Below, piece after piece: positions 50,590 to 62,647 of a stretch of 64,000 bases of DNA. Under the pieces are notes generated by a model. The model searched no databases and was not told where the DNA came from. It was given only the letters and a program-made list of their open reading frames with translations. Source of the stretch: Vicugna vicugna (Eukaryota). Location: positions 1,873,985 to 1,937,984 of the forward strand of contig MU057887.1 in NCBI GenBank assembly GCA_013265495.1, in the 5' to 3' direction. The stretch's first letter is position 1, and each line of letters starts with the position of its first letter. A program made the translations under genes and the position numbers.

Positions 50590-51070
50590 TCAGGATGTGT
50601 GGGTACCTATGAAACCAATGTCTTCAAGAGCCACACCTGGAATCTCAACGGCTCTCAAGGCCATTTCTAGGTATTGGTCCTGAGGAAAGGCTCCGAAGTC
50701 CACACACAGACTCAGGAAGACTGCTGTTCATTCATCACTGGCCAATTTGTGAGAGGGAGAAATTAGAACCTGCCTAAATGTCCTCTAATGAGGAAATGAT
50801 TAAGTAAATTATGCAGCCAAAGATGCTTACAATGAGTTTGTAATAACACGGGGAAGTGTCTAGCATGCTAAGTGAGAAGCACAACCAGGCCAGCACTGCA
50901 TCTGGAGGCTGACCTCACCCACACACAGTTACAGACTGAAAGACAGACGCAGCTTTTAAAAGACTGAAATTTGTCTCCACTGGGGTTTTCTCTGGCTGGT
51001 GAGATCTGTGCTTCCTTTTTATTCTTAGTTTCCAAAATTTCCAAGATAGGTGAGTGTTGTGTTTCGAGTC
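50590..51070 (+). mobile_element. Old L1 (L1ME-type) 3' fragment
   Basis: ccatttctaggtattggtcctgaggaaa..aaattagaacctgcctaaatgtcc..gaaatgattaagtaaattatg. Confidence 0.6.
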
Positions 51071-51504
51071 AGTGCAGGAGAAAACATGATATTAAAAATT
51101 CTGGTGAGGAAAATGGCAACAGGGCTTTTGTTCTCGACCGAGCTGATAATGCTCACCCCCCGCGCCCACCCCCGGCTAGAGGCAGAGCAACAGGAAGGGT
51201 GGTTTGCACGGGAGCCAGGTTTTGGGTTTACAATGTGCGTTTCTGTACGTGACCTTGTCTGGTAAGCAGACCCACTTTGTGTGGTAAACAGGGCAGGTCC
51301 TTCTTCTCAGCTTTATTTTAATTTTGTTTGTTACTGTCATTTATACCATACATGCAAAAGAATGCATAAAATATAAATACGGTTGGCAGAGAAGTAACAA
51401 GACAAACACCCACACATCCAGCCCCTGGGATGGGAAAGAGAATATTCTGGAAGCTGAGATCTTCTGTGTACCGCTTCCTAATTCTGTCTCCCTCCCTCCC
51501 TGAC

Positions 51505-53000
51505 ATTTATGGGGCTCGGGGCAAAAGGACAAACACAGCCCCACATCCACCATATGTCGAAATATTTAGAAATTATAAATCAAGTTAACGAACCAGTAAA
51601 TAAGAAATGTTCTAGCCTCCTGCTTTGACAAATATACCTTCGTAACAACAAAACTGAAAAGATACATAAAGTGATGGGTTATTTTTTGGTAACTGGAAGC
51701 TGGCAAACTGTCAGAGAATGGGATTTAATTATTATTGCAGATGCCTGGGTGTTCTGTTGATGGGCCAATAAAGCCTGGATAAGTAATAAAACAAAAACAT
51801 GCATAATTTATAAATGACTGTATGTTTATTCTATAAAATTGATTTTCTTGCCTTCATTTCAGCAATATCGCTAATTGTGTTGTATAATTAAGATTTTCAC
51901 ACAATTTGCATTTTATTGACAGTAATGACAAATTAGACACCCTTTCTCCAGCCACTGTAGTTCTTAGATACGTTTTAAAAAGGGAATTTCAGTTTGGAGA
52001 AACTCTTTGATCCGCCAGAGCAGCAGTAGCGGGGATGGTCAATAACATTCTTAAAGAAAGATATTGATTTGGAAATTACCCAAAATTCTTTGAAATGTTA
52101 TTTATAAGGTTTAATCATTCTAATGGGGCTGCATATTCTACGTGATCATTAACATGGAAACATCCTAACGTATTTTAATTTCATTGTAGAGAATCACTAT
52201 CACTTATCTCACAGTATTCATCCTGTTTCATTGTTGGTATCAAGATATGTGAACAACTTAAATATCCATTGACAGATGACTGGATAAATAAGTTGTGATA
52301 TATTTATACAATGGAATAGTACTCAGCCATAAAACAGAATAAAATAATACCATTTGCAGCAACATGGATGAATCTGGAGATCGTCATTCTAAGTGAAGTA
52401 AGCCAGAAAGAGAAAGAAAAATACCATATGATATCACTTATATGTAAAATCTAAAAAAAGAAAAAAGAAGACATGAATAAACTTATCTACAAAACAGAAA
52501 CAGACTCACAGACATAGAGAACACATGTATGGTTACTGGGGGAAAAGGTGGTGGGAAGAGAGAAATTGAGATTTCAAGATTTGCAAATACTAACTACTAT
52601 ATATGAAATAGAAAACCAAGAAATTTCTTCTGTACAGCACAGGCAACTATATTCAATATCTTGTAGTAAGCTGTAATGAAAAAGAATATGAAAACGAATG
52701 TGTATGTATATGTATGACTGAAACATTATGCTGTACACTAGAAACTGACACAGTGTAACTGATGATACTTCATTTAAAAAACCCAAAAGATTCTTGTAAC
52801 ACTGTAAAGAATAGATACCAAGCCCCGTCCATGTTACATCCAATTCTTCGTGATGTAAAGTGAGGGGGGTTACCTTATGCTGCACGATGGTTCCCAGCTT
52901 CCACGTGTGACTGTCACCTGTGCCTCCCGACTGATGAGGGCCTTCGAAACCAGAGCTGCTGTCCAGGGAGAGGCAAGACAGAGGTCCCTTGGCACTGCTG
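51505..53000 (-). mobile_element. hAT-Tip100 (Zaphod-like) DNA transposon remnant interrupted by L1
   Basis: Minus strand about 52075-51830 translates with frameshifts as FPNQYLSLRMLLTIPATAA../SKSFSKLK../KTYLRTTVAGERVSNLSLLSIK, the hAT C-terminal dimerisation domain; left end resembles recalled MER115/Zaphod terminus. Confidence 0.8.
52240..52781 (+). mobile_element. Younger lineage-specific L1 3' end
   Basis: Reverse-complement homologue of 13225-13833 (catttgcagcaacatggatgaatctggagatcgtcattctaagtgaagtaagccagaaagag..), ends in an A tract. Confidence 0.92.
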
Positions 53001-53111
53001 GGCGGACACCTTCCTAATGACCAAACTGAAAAGGTGGGTAAGATGATGGCAACACAGCAACTGACCTTGTCCACACTATTTGGGGGAAGAATTCGACAAT
53101 TAGCCTCTCCT

Positions 53112-53570
53112 CTGGTTCCCAAGTCCAAGCTCGTATGTCAGGCCAGTAAATCAGGGGAGGAGGTGTTGGGGCAAGGAATAGCAACTTTATTAGGAAAGCC
53201 AGGAGACCGAGGAGGTGGTGGACTAGTGTCCCAAAGAATCATCTTACCTGAGTTAGAATTTATGCTTCATTGATACTAAAAGGGGAGGGAGCAGAGCCAG
53301 ATATTTCCTGGGAGGGGAGGTGTTAATTTCTTCCTTCCTGACCTCGTTCACTGGCGGGTCTGGCCAGGATGTTTCCTGTGAGCTAAACGCCCATGGCCTG
53401 GGAGGCAGGGTTCCCAGAGATGGGCCATATTGTTAGTAAGCTTACAGGCAGCGCCCCTTTAGTGGTTAACTTGTAGCCAAAGCAATAGAATAAGGTTAAA
53501 AGTGGAAGAAATATAAAGGTTAACGTGAAAGAAGCATCCAGGATGGAGTCAGCTTTGTTCTTCCCTGTTT
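53112..53570 (-). mobile_element. ERV1-class solo LTR (related to 59559-60178)
   Basis: Shares agtccaa..gaggtgttggggca(a)ggaata..ggaaag..tactaaaagggga..caggatgt..gttcttccc blocks with the LTR at 59559; tttatt (minus-strand polyA signal) about 53186. Confidence 0.75.
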
Positions 53571-54825
53571 GGTCTTCCCTGTGCTTCCTCCTCTCAGGCC
53601 CTCTCTCCCTGACGGCAGCATCGGCCTCTGACAGACTCGGGCTGGTCCCGGGGGCCGGAGATGGGGCGTGCTCCTCGGGTGCTGGAGCACAGGTCTCGCT
53701 GGGCTGGAGTGAGGCGGGCGCCCAGGGGTTCTTTAATGGGTGGCTTCTGGGGGTCCCAAAGCAGCAAGTTCAGAACAGGGACCCCTCTGGAGGGACCTTC
53801 TGGAGGCAGGAGCATGACTTGCTCTCATTCCTTCCTGGCTTTTCTGGACCATCCAGGACAATCTGTTGTAAATACCAGAAGGCCTCGGGGCACACGGCAC
53901 ACGTGTGACATGCAAGGAAGGGTGCGTCACGCCGGTGGAGGAAGAGAGGCTGAGAACACAGGGCTCACAGACCCTGGGTCGCCCTCAATTTCAGCTTTCC
54001 TGAGGGTTTGCAAGTCCCTCTTGGGGAAATCGGTGGGCAAGACCCAGGGATCCCCAGTGTCTGGAAGCACTGCAGGGCGGCCTGTGTTTCTGCTTCATGG
54101 TTTCAGGACCCGGTCTCTGCAGAACGTGGCCGTGGATGGCCGAGAGTGCATGCTTCCGGTGGTCCTGCAAGCGCCGGGCCGAGGGGAGGCCAGGGCTCCC
54201 TCTGTGTGTGGCTGTGCCCAGCGCAGGTCAGGACTCGGGCCGGTGTTGCCCGGGCGTTCTGTCCTTTGGGTGGTGATATGACATCAGGGAGCATCTGGGT
54301 GCATCTAAGCATGTCTGTCTCTTGGGCTGGACCACCCAGCCTGGGCTGTCAGCCTCTGCGCCGATCTCCTCCTCCTCCAGGGGCCCTCTGCGTCGACCCC
54401 CTGCTTCCTGAGCCTAGTTGCCTCTTTTCTTCTTTTATTCGTTGGTTTTGGTGGAGTCATCCCTCAGTACCTGCTCAAAGAACAACGCAAGGAGGTTAAG
54501 TTCTGAGTCCAGTCCCTGTGTGTCTGGAAATGCCATCACGCTACCCGTGCGCCTGCCTGAGCATCTCCCTGGGTAAAGAATTCTAGCTGGAAGTGCTTCC
54601 CCTGGGGATGCGGGCGGCTCTGCCTCGCTGTGCTCTGCGCTTCAGGGTTGCCGCTGAGACGTCCGACTCCGCTTCGCTTTCTGGTTCTCTGTGTGCGACC
54701 TGTTTTCTGGCCCCATCTGGAGGGCTGAAGAGTCTTCCGCACTTGTCCTGGATTCTGACGTTTCCCAGCGACGTGTCCTGGTCTGGTCCATCCTCATCTG
54801 TGTGTTTTGGGCACTTGGTGGCCTT

Positions 54826-55060
54826 TAAAAAAAAACTGAAGTAGTCAGTGCTCAACGTTGCGTTACTTTCAAGTGTACATCATGGTGACTCCGTCCTCAA
54901 TGCACGTGCGCATATGTCCCTTCTGTTCTTTTCCATTACGTGTTATCACAGGGGTTTGACTGTGGCTCCCCGTGCTGTGCCCAGGACCCTCTGTTCATCT
55001 CTTTCGTGTACAGCAGTGCGTGTCTGCAAGTCCTGAACTCCTGGTGCACCCGCCACCCCT
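54826..55060. mobile_element. L1 3' end (minus orientation), strongly GC-shifted, adjoining a HAL1/L1-like remnant (about 54400-54825)
   Basis: actgaagtagtcagtgctcaacgttgcgttactttcaagtgtacatcatggtgactccg..ctccccgtgctgtgcccaggaccc collinear with other L1 3' ends. Confidence 0.7.
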
Positions 55061-56242
55061 TCAGAATGACGTCCTTCCCTCCCATTCTTTGGAGCTCCTG
55101 GTTTTGCCTCGTGGGTGCAATGCTGTCTCTCTGAGGTGTGCGGGGAGCCTTCCTCCGGCCAGCCCTTGCTCGCCCCCCTCTTTCCCACGGTTGGCTTTGG
55201 CATCTGTTCTATGCTGGAGGTGGACGTCTGCTCATCTGGGCTCTCAGCTCAGAAGGGAACGGGGGTCCAAGAAGCAGGTGGAAGCTCTGAGTGCTGGTGG
55301 GGGTGGTCAGCGTCAAGTCTCACTGCAGGGCGATCTGGGTGGACCGTGTCTGGGGACCCGTGACATCCGCAGATACTGGACGTTCCTCTTGGGCTGGTGG
55401 GGTTCCCCCAGCGGTTCTTCTGAGACAGGAGGGAAGGGGACAGGGCACAATCACTAAAGAAATGACCCAGCCATTTAGCACCAAGGTGATGGAAAACTCA
55501 GCTCCCAATAGAGCTGGAGGCCCAGGGTGGCGGGAGATTCGCCCTCCAGTGGGCTTTGAGCTTCATTGTCCGCATTGCAACGTCCATCAGCTCTGCTGGG
55601 ACGCCTGGCCCAGAGTCTGTCCTCCTTCTCCGCAGAGTAAACCCAAACTTCCGCCAGGGTGGACGTGCCCCGGGGTGCAGGGAGCGCGCAGGACTCACAG
55701 CCCCTCGTGCGCTTCACCCAGTCCTCTCCGCCCCGCCAGCCTCCTTTCGTCTCGGCTTCCAGAAGTGCCCGGTGTCTCAGTGGCTGACCTCGTTGGTCTG
55801 ATCAGTTCTCGCATTTCCGGGCTGTAGGCTTGGGCTTTGGCTCTCTCAGGCCAGACGAGCTGCTCAACTGCCCACGTGGGCGGCACCGGTGCCTGGTTTG
55901 CGTTGGTCCCTCAGAGTCTGTTTCACTGAGTGAATTGATGGGAATGACCAGCTGGCCTGGCCTCCCTGTGCCCCTCACTGCGAGCACGAGACACAGATCC
56001 TCCCCTGAGCAGGCCTGGTGCCCCAGGGCCTGGGGGAGGGGGCGGGGCAGGTGCTCGCACCCCCAGCGCCTCCGGGGGGACCTGAGCAGGCCCGGGGCTG
56101 GCGGGGCTGGCGGGGCCGGCGGCAGCGGCGCGGCGCGGCAGGAGCCGGGCTCCGCAGGATGGGGGGGTCATTAGCCAGCGTGACGTCCACGACACACCTT
56201 GAGCTGCACCCACGCACTCACCGTCCCCAGCTGCTAAATAAA

Positions 56243-56466
56243 TAGTTCAAAAATTTGTAGATACTGACAGGCGTATGCAGAATAGATAAATAATATTATA
56301 CTGTGTAGCACAGGGAAATAGATACAAGATCTGGTGGTAGCTCACAGCGAAAAAGAATGTGACAATGAATATATATATGTTCATGTGTAACTGAAAAATT
56401 GTGCTTGAGACTGGAATTTGACAACATTGTAAAATGACTATAACTCAATAAAAAAAGGTTAAAAAA
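56243..56466 (+). mobile_element. Lineage-specific L1 3' end
   Basis: tactgtgtagcacagggaaatagatacaagatc..acattgtaaaatgactataactcaataaaaaaa. Confidence 0.85.
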
Positions 56467-57234
56467 TAATGAAGACTGTGCTTGTAAGCCCGGCCTCCCC
56501 CCAGCCCCCTGCGATGGGCAGGCTTTGTCTCTGTGCTCTGAGCAGCCCCTCCTGGTCCGCTGGGAGGATGTGCGCTCGGTGGCCGGGCCTTGGTGACAAT
56601 GGCGCTTCCGGGAGACCAGGGCCCCCTGATGGTGGCTGGGGACAGCTCAGGGTCTCCTTGGCCTTCCCACCAGCCACGGAAGGTTCTGGACGTCCTGCGC
56701 TGGGGCTGAGAGGCTTGGCCTCCTGGGTGTCGCTCCTGCAGCCCAGCCCCGAGCCCACGGCTCGAGCTCCCGGGTGAGAACCGCTTTCTCGGGGCAGGCT
56801 GTTCTTTCGCTGGCAGCTTCCCACGGCAGCCGGGTGCCTGCCTGCACATGTGAACACGCTTTACTCGGTGCTGTGTTGTCTTCCTGCAGCTTTCATTTTC
56901 TTATTCTTTTCTTCCAGAGAGACGGAAGCCACTTTGAGTGAAGAAGTCATTCACTGAGGGCACGGTGTCCGTGTTTGGTATTGGAACCACCCGAAGTCAG
57001 GGATCCACAGGACTGATGCTCTCTCTGGGCGGAAACCAGGAAGCGGGAACCCAGAGAACCGGGTGTCCCTGCCTCCCAGCAGGAAAGACGCAGGGTTTCA
57101 AGCGACCCAAGCGGCCCCAGTCCGGGAGCAGCGTGTCATCAGCTCCGCGCGAAGTGGCCGAGGTAAGTTTCAATCCGGCGTGTTGGCCAGTGGAGGCTAG
57201 TGGTCCACATCGCCCCCCAGGGATCAGCTGCTGG

Positions 57235-57430
57235 CCGTGTGGGTTGTTCCCACACTTGGCTGTTGCGAATAAGGCTGCCATGAACACGGGAGTGCAGCTG
57301 CCTTTTTGAGACCCTGCTTTCAGTTCTTTGGGGTTTATACCCAGAACTGGGCTTGCTGGATCACATGGTGGTTCTGTTTCTAATTTTGGAGTAAGCTGTG
57401 TACTGTTCTTGACAGCGCTGCGCCCTCGAG
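57235..57430 (-). mobile_element. L1 ORF2 C-terminal fragment
   Basis: ORF-track peptide LETEPPCDPASPVLGINPKELKAGSQKGSCTPVFMAALFATAK. Confidence 0.85.
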
Positions 57431-57704
57431 GAGTCCCATCACAGTGCGCAGGGCTCCGCTCTCCCACGGCCCCACCTCCACCTTGTTAAAATACTGTGTT
57501 GCAAGATGCACTCCTGCAGGAGACGCTGCCCCACGTTCTGGACGGGAGGAGCCCCGCCCGTCAGGAAGGGCGCCCCGGCCTGGCTCTGTCCCCTCAGGTC
57601 TCTGAGACTCCGGGGGACTGGAGGGAAGGGCCCCTTCTGGTGCACGGCCTCCCTCGGCTGCAGCAATTCTCCAAACCAGAGCAGTCACAGGAAGGAGCCC
57701 ACGG

Positions 57705-58035
57705 TGCCCGCGTGCATCTGCACGTATGTGCACACATGTCCACTTGTACCCATGTGTGTATCTGCACACACCCGTGCACACGCACACACGTCTGCAGGTG
57801 CACACACATGTGAACACGCAGGTGCCCCCGTGCATCAGCGTGTGTGCTCAGGGACACATCACACACGTGTTGGCACGTGCACCTGTGTGTATCTGCATGC
57901 ACAGGCACACGTGCACAGATGCTGGTGCTCACACATGTGAGCACCTGCACACACCCACAGACGTGCTCCCCTGGATGTGTGCCTTACCGACGGTGCCCTG
58001 CACACCCGTGTGTGTGTGTGTGTGTATATGTCTGT

Positions 58036-58077
<42 letters not shown>

Positions 58078-58172
58078 CTGTGTGTCTGTGTGTGTGTGTG
58101 TGGTCTGTGTGTCTGTGTGTGTCTGTGTGTGTGTGTGTGTGTCTGTGTGTCTGTGTGTGTCTGTGTGTGTGT
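57705..58172 (+). repeat. Degenerate (CA/TG) purine-pyrimidine tract followed by compound (TG)n/(TGTC) microsatellite
   Basis: gtgcacacatgt-like repeats 57705-58005, then near-pure TG repeat 58008-58172. Confidence 0.95.
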
Positions 58173-59558
58173 GGGGGGGGGCATCAGCCCTCACCTCCCC
58201 CTTCGCTCAGGGAGCTGCCGGAATGGCTGTAAGGTCTTTGTCAGTCTGGCCTCCAGGACTTGCGCAGTTTTCAACAAAAAGTGCACCTGCTTTTGGCACC
58301 TGCTGCAGGGAGTGTGGGTCTGTGTCTGCTCCGAGCGCTTCCTCTGAGGCTGTGGGCCCCTGGAGGGGACGTTGCCCAGGGAGACGCAGGCGGTGGAGGA
58401 GGCCTGCGGCTGGGAGGAGTGGGCGACTTCCTTCCACCCTCTCTGCCTTCCTCCCTTCCTCTCCTTCCTGCCCTCCCTCCCTCTCCTTCCTGCCCTCCCT
58501 CCCTGACGTCCCTCCTCCCGTGGCTCCTTCCACCTTGTGCCACGACCCCGCCCGTCTCCCAGCCCGGCTCTCTCTGGGGTGCAGCCTCGTGCACGTACCC
58601 GGATCCCTATGGGGAGGACACGCTCCTGACTGCGGGCAGACACGCCCGCTCCCAGAGCAATGGGCGACCGCAGCAAGCTCTGCCCCCGCCCCCCAACCAG
58701 TGCCCCCAGGGCTCCGGAGCACAGCCAAGGGGCGGATATTCCTTCTGCGGCGGGAAGCGGGCATCACGGTAGAAACACCGAGCGGGCTTCTGAGGGCTCA
58801 GCTTTTGCAGTTTCTGCTCTGACTTATTTAGGGAACGGGACATTCTTGCTTAGGGAGTAGATTGTTTGACTCATATCAAGACACGGTGAACGACACGGAG
58901 GCTCCTGGATGACGTAAACGCCTTTCTGATGTTGCCTGGGCTTCTGGAGCCATTCTTGCCTGAGGAGGCTTCCTCTAAAGGGACAGATGTCCACGCGAGG
59001 GCTGGAGCACAGACACCCCGCTGGAAGCTGTTAGAAAAAAGATGTTTGTTCCCTGAACAGGCCGGGACTCACAAGACAAGAGTGAGGGTTTGAATGAGCG
59101 AGTGGTACTCTCATTCCTGGGGTCTGCATGTAAAACCCGTCAACAAAACGGATGCATCAGATTCCTCCCCAGTTAGAGGGAACCGGTTCTTGGCTCTTGG
59201 GAAGGTGGGGGCAGGCTCTCTGCACCTCTGTCCCCAGCAGCTGACCACAGAGAACTTGCTGTCTGCCAAGAACTCACATATAGTTTCTCATTTAACCTGC
59301 ACAAGGCATTACCATCCTCATCTGAGAGAGGCGGGGACTGAGGCTCGGAGTCGGGGCGGGGCTTGTCCCAGGTGCAGAGATGGTCCGTGTCACAACCAGG
59401 TTGTATGCTCCTTCTTGTCTGACTGCAAAGCTCAAGTTCATAAACAAACGTTTATTTAGCAATTGAAATGATTTCGGTCCTTTAGGTATGTGAAGGAGAG
59501 ATCTTGGAAAGAAATGAAACCCCAGAGACATTTGTATCTAATGAAGGCACAGTCATTT

Positions 59559-60178
59559 TGTCACCGAGTCCAAACCCATTTTGCTCGCCACACAGCAGAC
59601 TAATAAATTGGGAGACGAGGTGTTGGGGCAGGAATAATGATTTTACTTGGAAAGAAGGCAGACCGAGAAGATGGGGGACTAAGGCCCTGGAGAACCATCT
59701 GCCCCAAGTCAGAATTCAGGCTCCTTTTATACTAAAAAGGGGAGGGGGTGTGGCTGGCTGTTGCAAACTTCTTGGTGTGGGAATCCTTTGTTCTTGCAGC
59801 CGTCCGCGTGGGTCAGGTCAGGATGTCCCTGTAAACCTCCAACAAGACATGTTATTCTAGGGAGGAGGGCGCGGCTCAGTGGCAGAGCACATGGTCAGCA
59901 CGCAAAAGGCCCTGGAGGCAATCCCCAGTGCCTCCATTAAAAACATAGACAAATATTTTTCTTTGTTCTGCAACTTGGTATCACTAGATGAATGGAAAAG
60001 TGTCACACCCTTAAAGGTCAGAGCCTTGAGCGTGGGCTCGCCTGTGTATTTCAGGCTCCAGGAAACATTCTTTTACAGAAGGAGCAGAACCAGCACGTCT
60101 GAGCCCGGGACACGGAGCCCAGGGCAGAGCCAAAGGGGCAGGTCTAATACGGAGACTGACGTGTTCTTCCCCGTCACA
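59559..60178 (-). mobile_element. ERV1-class solo LTR with inserted SINE
   Basis: tgtcaccgagtcc...ttccccgtcaca termini; 4-bp flanks attt/gttt (TSD, 1 mismatch). Confidence 0.8.
59860..59943 (+). mobile_element. tRNA-derived SINE (Vic-1-like)
   Basis: ggagggcgcggctcagtggcagagcacatggtcagcacgcaaaaggccctggaggcaatccccagtgcctccattaaaaa. Confidence 0.8.
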
Positions 60179-60659
60179 GTTTACTCAGTCATGGAAGGTT
60201 TTCCAGGCGTGCTCCGGCCAGGGCTGGAGCTGCGGACCAGGCCCTCCTCTCAGTGATGGGTACCAGCGTCCATTATATTCCAAATGTGAATTAAATTCAA
60301 AAAGTATTTCTCTTTTTGCCCTGGCTGCCGGTAAGCTCAGAGCTAGATTTTGACCACCTGTAAGTTCCTTTTTTTTTTTGTAATTTTTATTTGCTCATCT
60401 ACTAATTTTGATATTTTAAAATAGCCTAAATGAAGGTGGTTCTTTGCGATGCTCAGCCCCAAGCCCTTCTCAGAAGTCCTGGATTATACACGCCCTGGAT
60501 CCTTCTTACAGAGAAACAAGTAAATTACAAGCAGTTATTCACATTCTGCTTGTTTATGGACATGGAGGGACACGCGGAGGGCCGTTGTCTGGGTGAGACG
60601 GAGCCCTGTGGATGGAGGGGGATTGTGGCCCCACGCACAGCGCCAGCCCTGCCTTCACT

Positions 60660-60955
60660 TTTATTCACCTCTAAATCAACACGAGAACTATCTGAAGTAC
60701 CAGGAGGAAAGAAAGACTTAAAAAGACCAAGTGTATTACAGGAGAGCAATGACTTCTCGGGCCACTTGTCACTTCGAGTGGAATACGTTAACAAAGCGCG
60801 GTAATAAGACGGGCTACTAAAACATGATTTATTGATACTTGAGACCTGCTCAAACAGGTTAATGTCAATACAATTAGCTCCTGGATGGAGGCAGCCCCCG
60901 TCGAGGGAAAGTTGGTAAAACAGCATTAACCGCCACTGCATCAAAGACAGGGGAG
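60660..60955. promoter_or_regulatory. Candidate developmental enhancer (PBX-HOX + MEIS + TCF/LEF motifs)
   Basis: TGATTTAT 60825-60832, TGTCA 60863-60867, CATCAAAG 60939-60946 in a non-repetitive AT-rich island. Confidence 0.45.
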
Positions 60956-62350
60956 GGGCTGCGAGGACCTGAACCACCGGGGAGGGAAGAGAAAGGTTCT
61001 TTCACCCCCTCGGCTCCGTGGCCCCCCCGGACCTCACCCTGAGGACCCCACAGGCTGAGTCGGGCGGCTCTAAGAAATGGTTAGTTTATCTGGATGGCAC
61101 GTGGCTCTGCTATTTCATGGCTGGATGACTTCTGAGCACCTTGGGAGAGTGTCAAGCAATTGTTTTGCTGGGAAAATGGGTGGGGAAGAGAGGTGAGCCA
61201 CCAGGAGCCCTCAGCAAGGCGCAGAGCTCAGGAGGCCAGCCCTGGAGGGAGCCTGGTCTCCCCTCGGTCCGGGGTGCAGCTGTGGGCTCTGGGCAGGGCC
61301 TGCGCCGGCCTGGCATGGGGGCCACCCGGCACCTGCTGAGCCCTGGTGCCCACCTCTGCCCCAAGGGGCCACTCTTTCGGGGAGCTGGACGCAGGCTGGT
61401 TGGCCTTCCTGTCCCCTGGCTGGTTGTCAGGGTCTCTCTGTCCCTGCGAGAGCTGGACAGCCGTGGTGTCACTGTCCCCATCCGCAAAGAGGTGTTGGAA
61501 AGGGCTGGCTGCTCTCCTGGGGGAAGAGTGCACGGGATGAGAACGCAAATGGGGAGTGTGGTGACATTTCCATCTCCTGCCCCCATCCCTCTGCTCCCCA
61601 GGGGCAGCTGCTCCCACCGGGTTTTGGTTTATCTTCTGGAGTGGCCCCGCCCCGGGACGAGAGATCGGCTCTGCACCTGTCTGCTACTGTTCACCGCGTG
61701 CACACAGCATCCGGGGTCATGGGACAGGCGCCACCGCGCCCAGACCCTGGTGACTTTCCAATTCAGAGGCTGAGCGCGTGCTCCCATGGGGACCTGTCCT
61801 TCCTGGGGCACCTCTTGGAGCTGCTGCTCAGATGGGAGGCTTGTCCCTTCTGCTGGCTTGTCCTTGGCCCAAGGGAGTCACGCGGTCAGGTCCCTTGTCA
61901 TTGGGTGGGGGTGTGGCCTCTCTCCTGGAAGATTTTTGAATTGTAAGCACCAGGCGGGGGGGGGGAATCCTCTCAGGGAAGAGGGAGTTAATAATTAAAG
62001 ACCAGAGAACATTCTAGGACAACAGTGTGCCTAGGAGATCTTCCAGATCAGCACAGAATTGCAACTCATTTTTCTGGGACTGCTGGTATCCGTTACATGT
62101 ATATAGAATGGTTTATTCTGTCTTTTTATTCTTTAAGGCATTTTGAAGTCCCAGCAGCCTGACCCCAGAGCCACACCCCTACCCACTGTGCTACCCAGCC
62201 TCCCGGAACCCCCGTTACCTTCTGAATTGGGTGCACACTCTGCAATCTAGAGATTTAATGCTTCAAAAAACCCAGCGTCTCCAGGATCTAATTTTGCCAA
62301 GCCTCTGAATCAAGGTGTCTCAGCTTCTCGGAGCCTCTGTTCTGAAAAGG

Positions 62351-62647
62351 TTTTTTTATTTTGTTTTTTTTTTTTTTTTTTTATTGAAGTACAGTCAGGT
62401 TACAATGTGTCAGTTTCTGGTGCACAGCATTGTGTTTCAGTCATACACATACATGCATGTGTTTGTTTTCAGATTCTTTTTCATTGTGGGCGACTACAAG
62501 ATATTGAATATAGTTCCCTGTGCCGCACAGGAGGACCTTATTGTTTATCTATTTTATACCCAGTACAGACTCACAGACATGGTAAACAAACCTATGGTTA
62601 TCGGGGGAAAAGGGGGTGGGAAGGGACAAATTGGGAGTTTGAGATTT
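62351..62647 (-). mobile_element. L1 3' end with inverted 5' segment
   Basis: Poly-T plus antisense 3'UTR 62351-62559, then sense-orientation upstream 3'UTR piece 62565-62647; TSD-like tgaaaaggtttttt (62343) and tgaaaggggttttt (62647). Confidence 0.85.

Noticed and set aside
57726..58822. Cys/Val- and His/Thr-rich ORFs
   Set aside because: Translations of the (TG)n microsatellite.
59860..59943. tRNA-like sequences (also at about 18670-18730 and 7350-7426)
   Set aside because: Degenerate stems, A-rich tails and insertion in or among other repeats identify them as SINEs, not tRNA genes.
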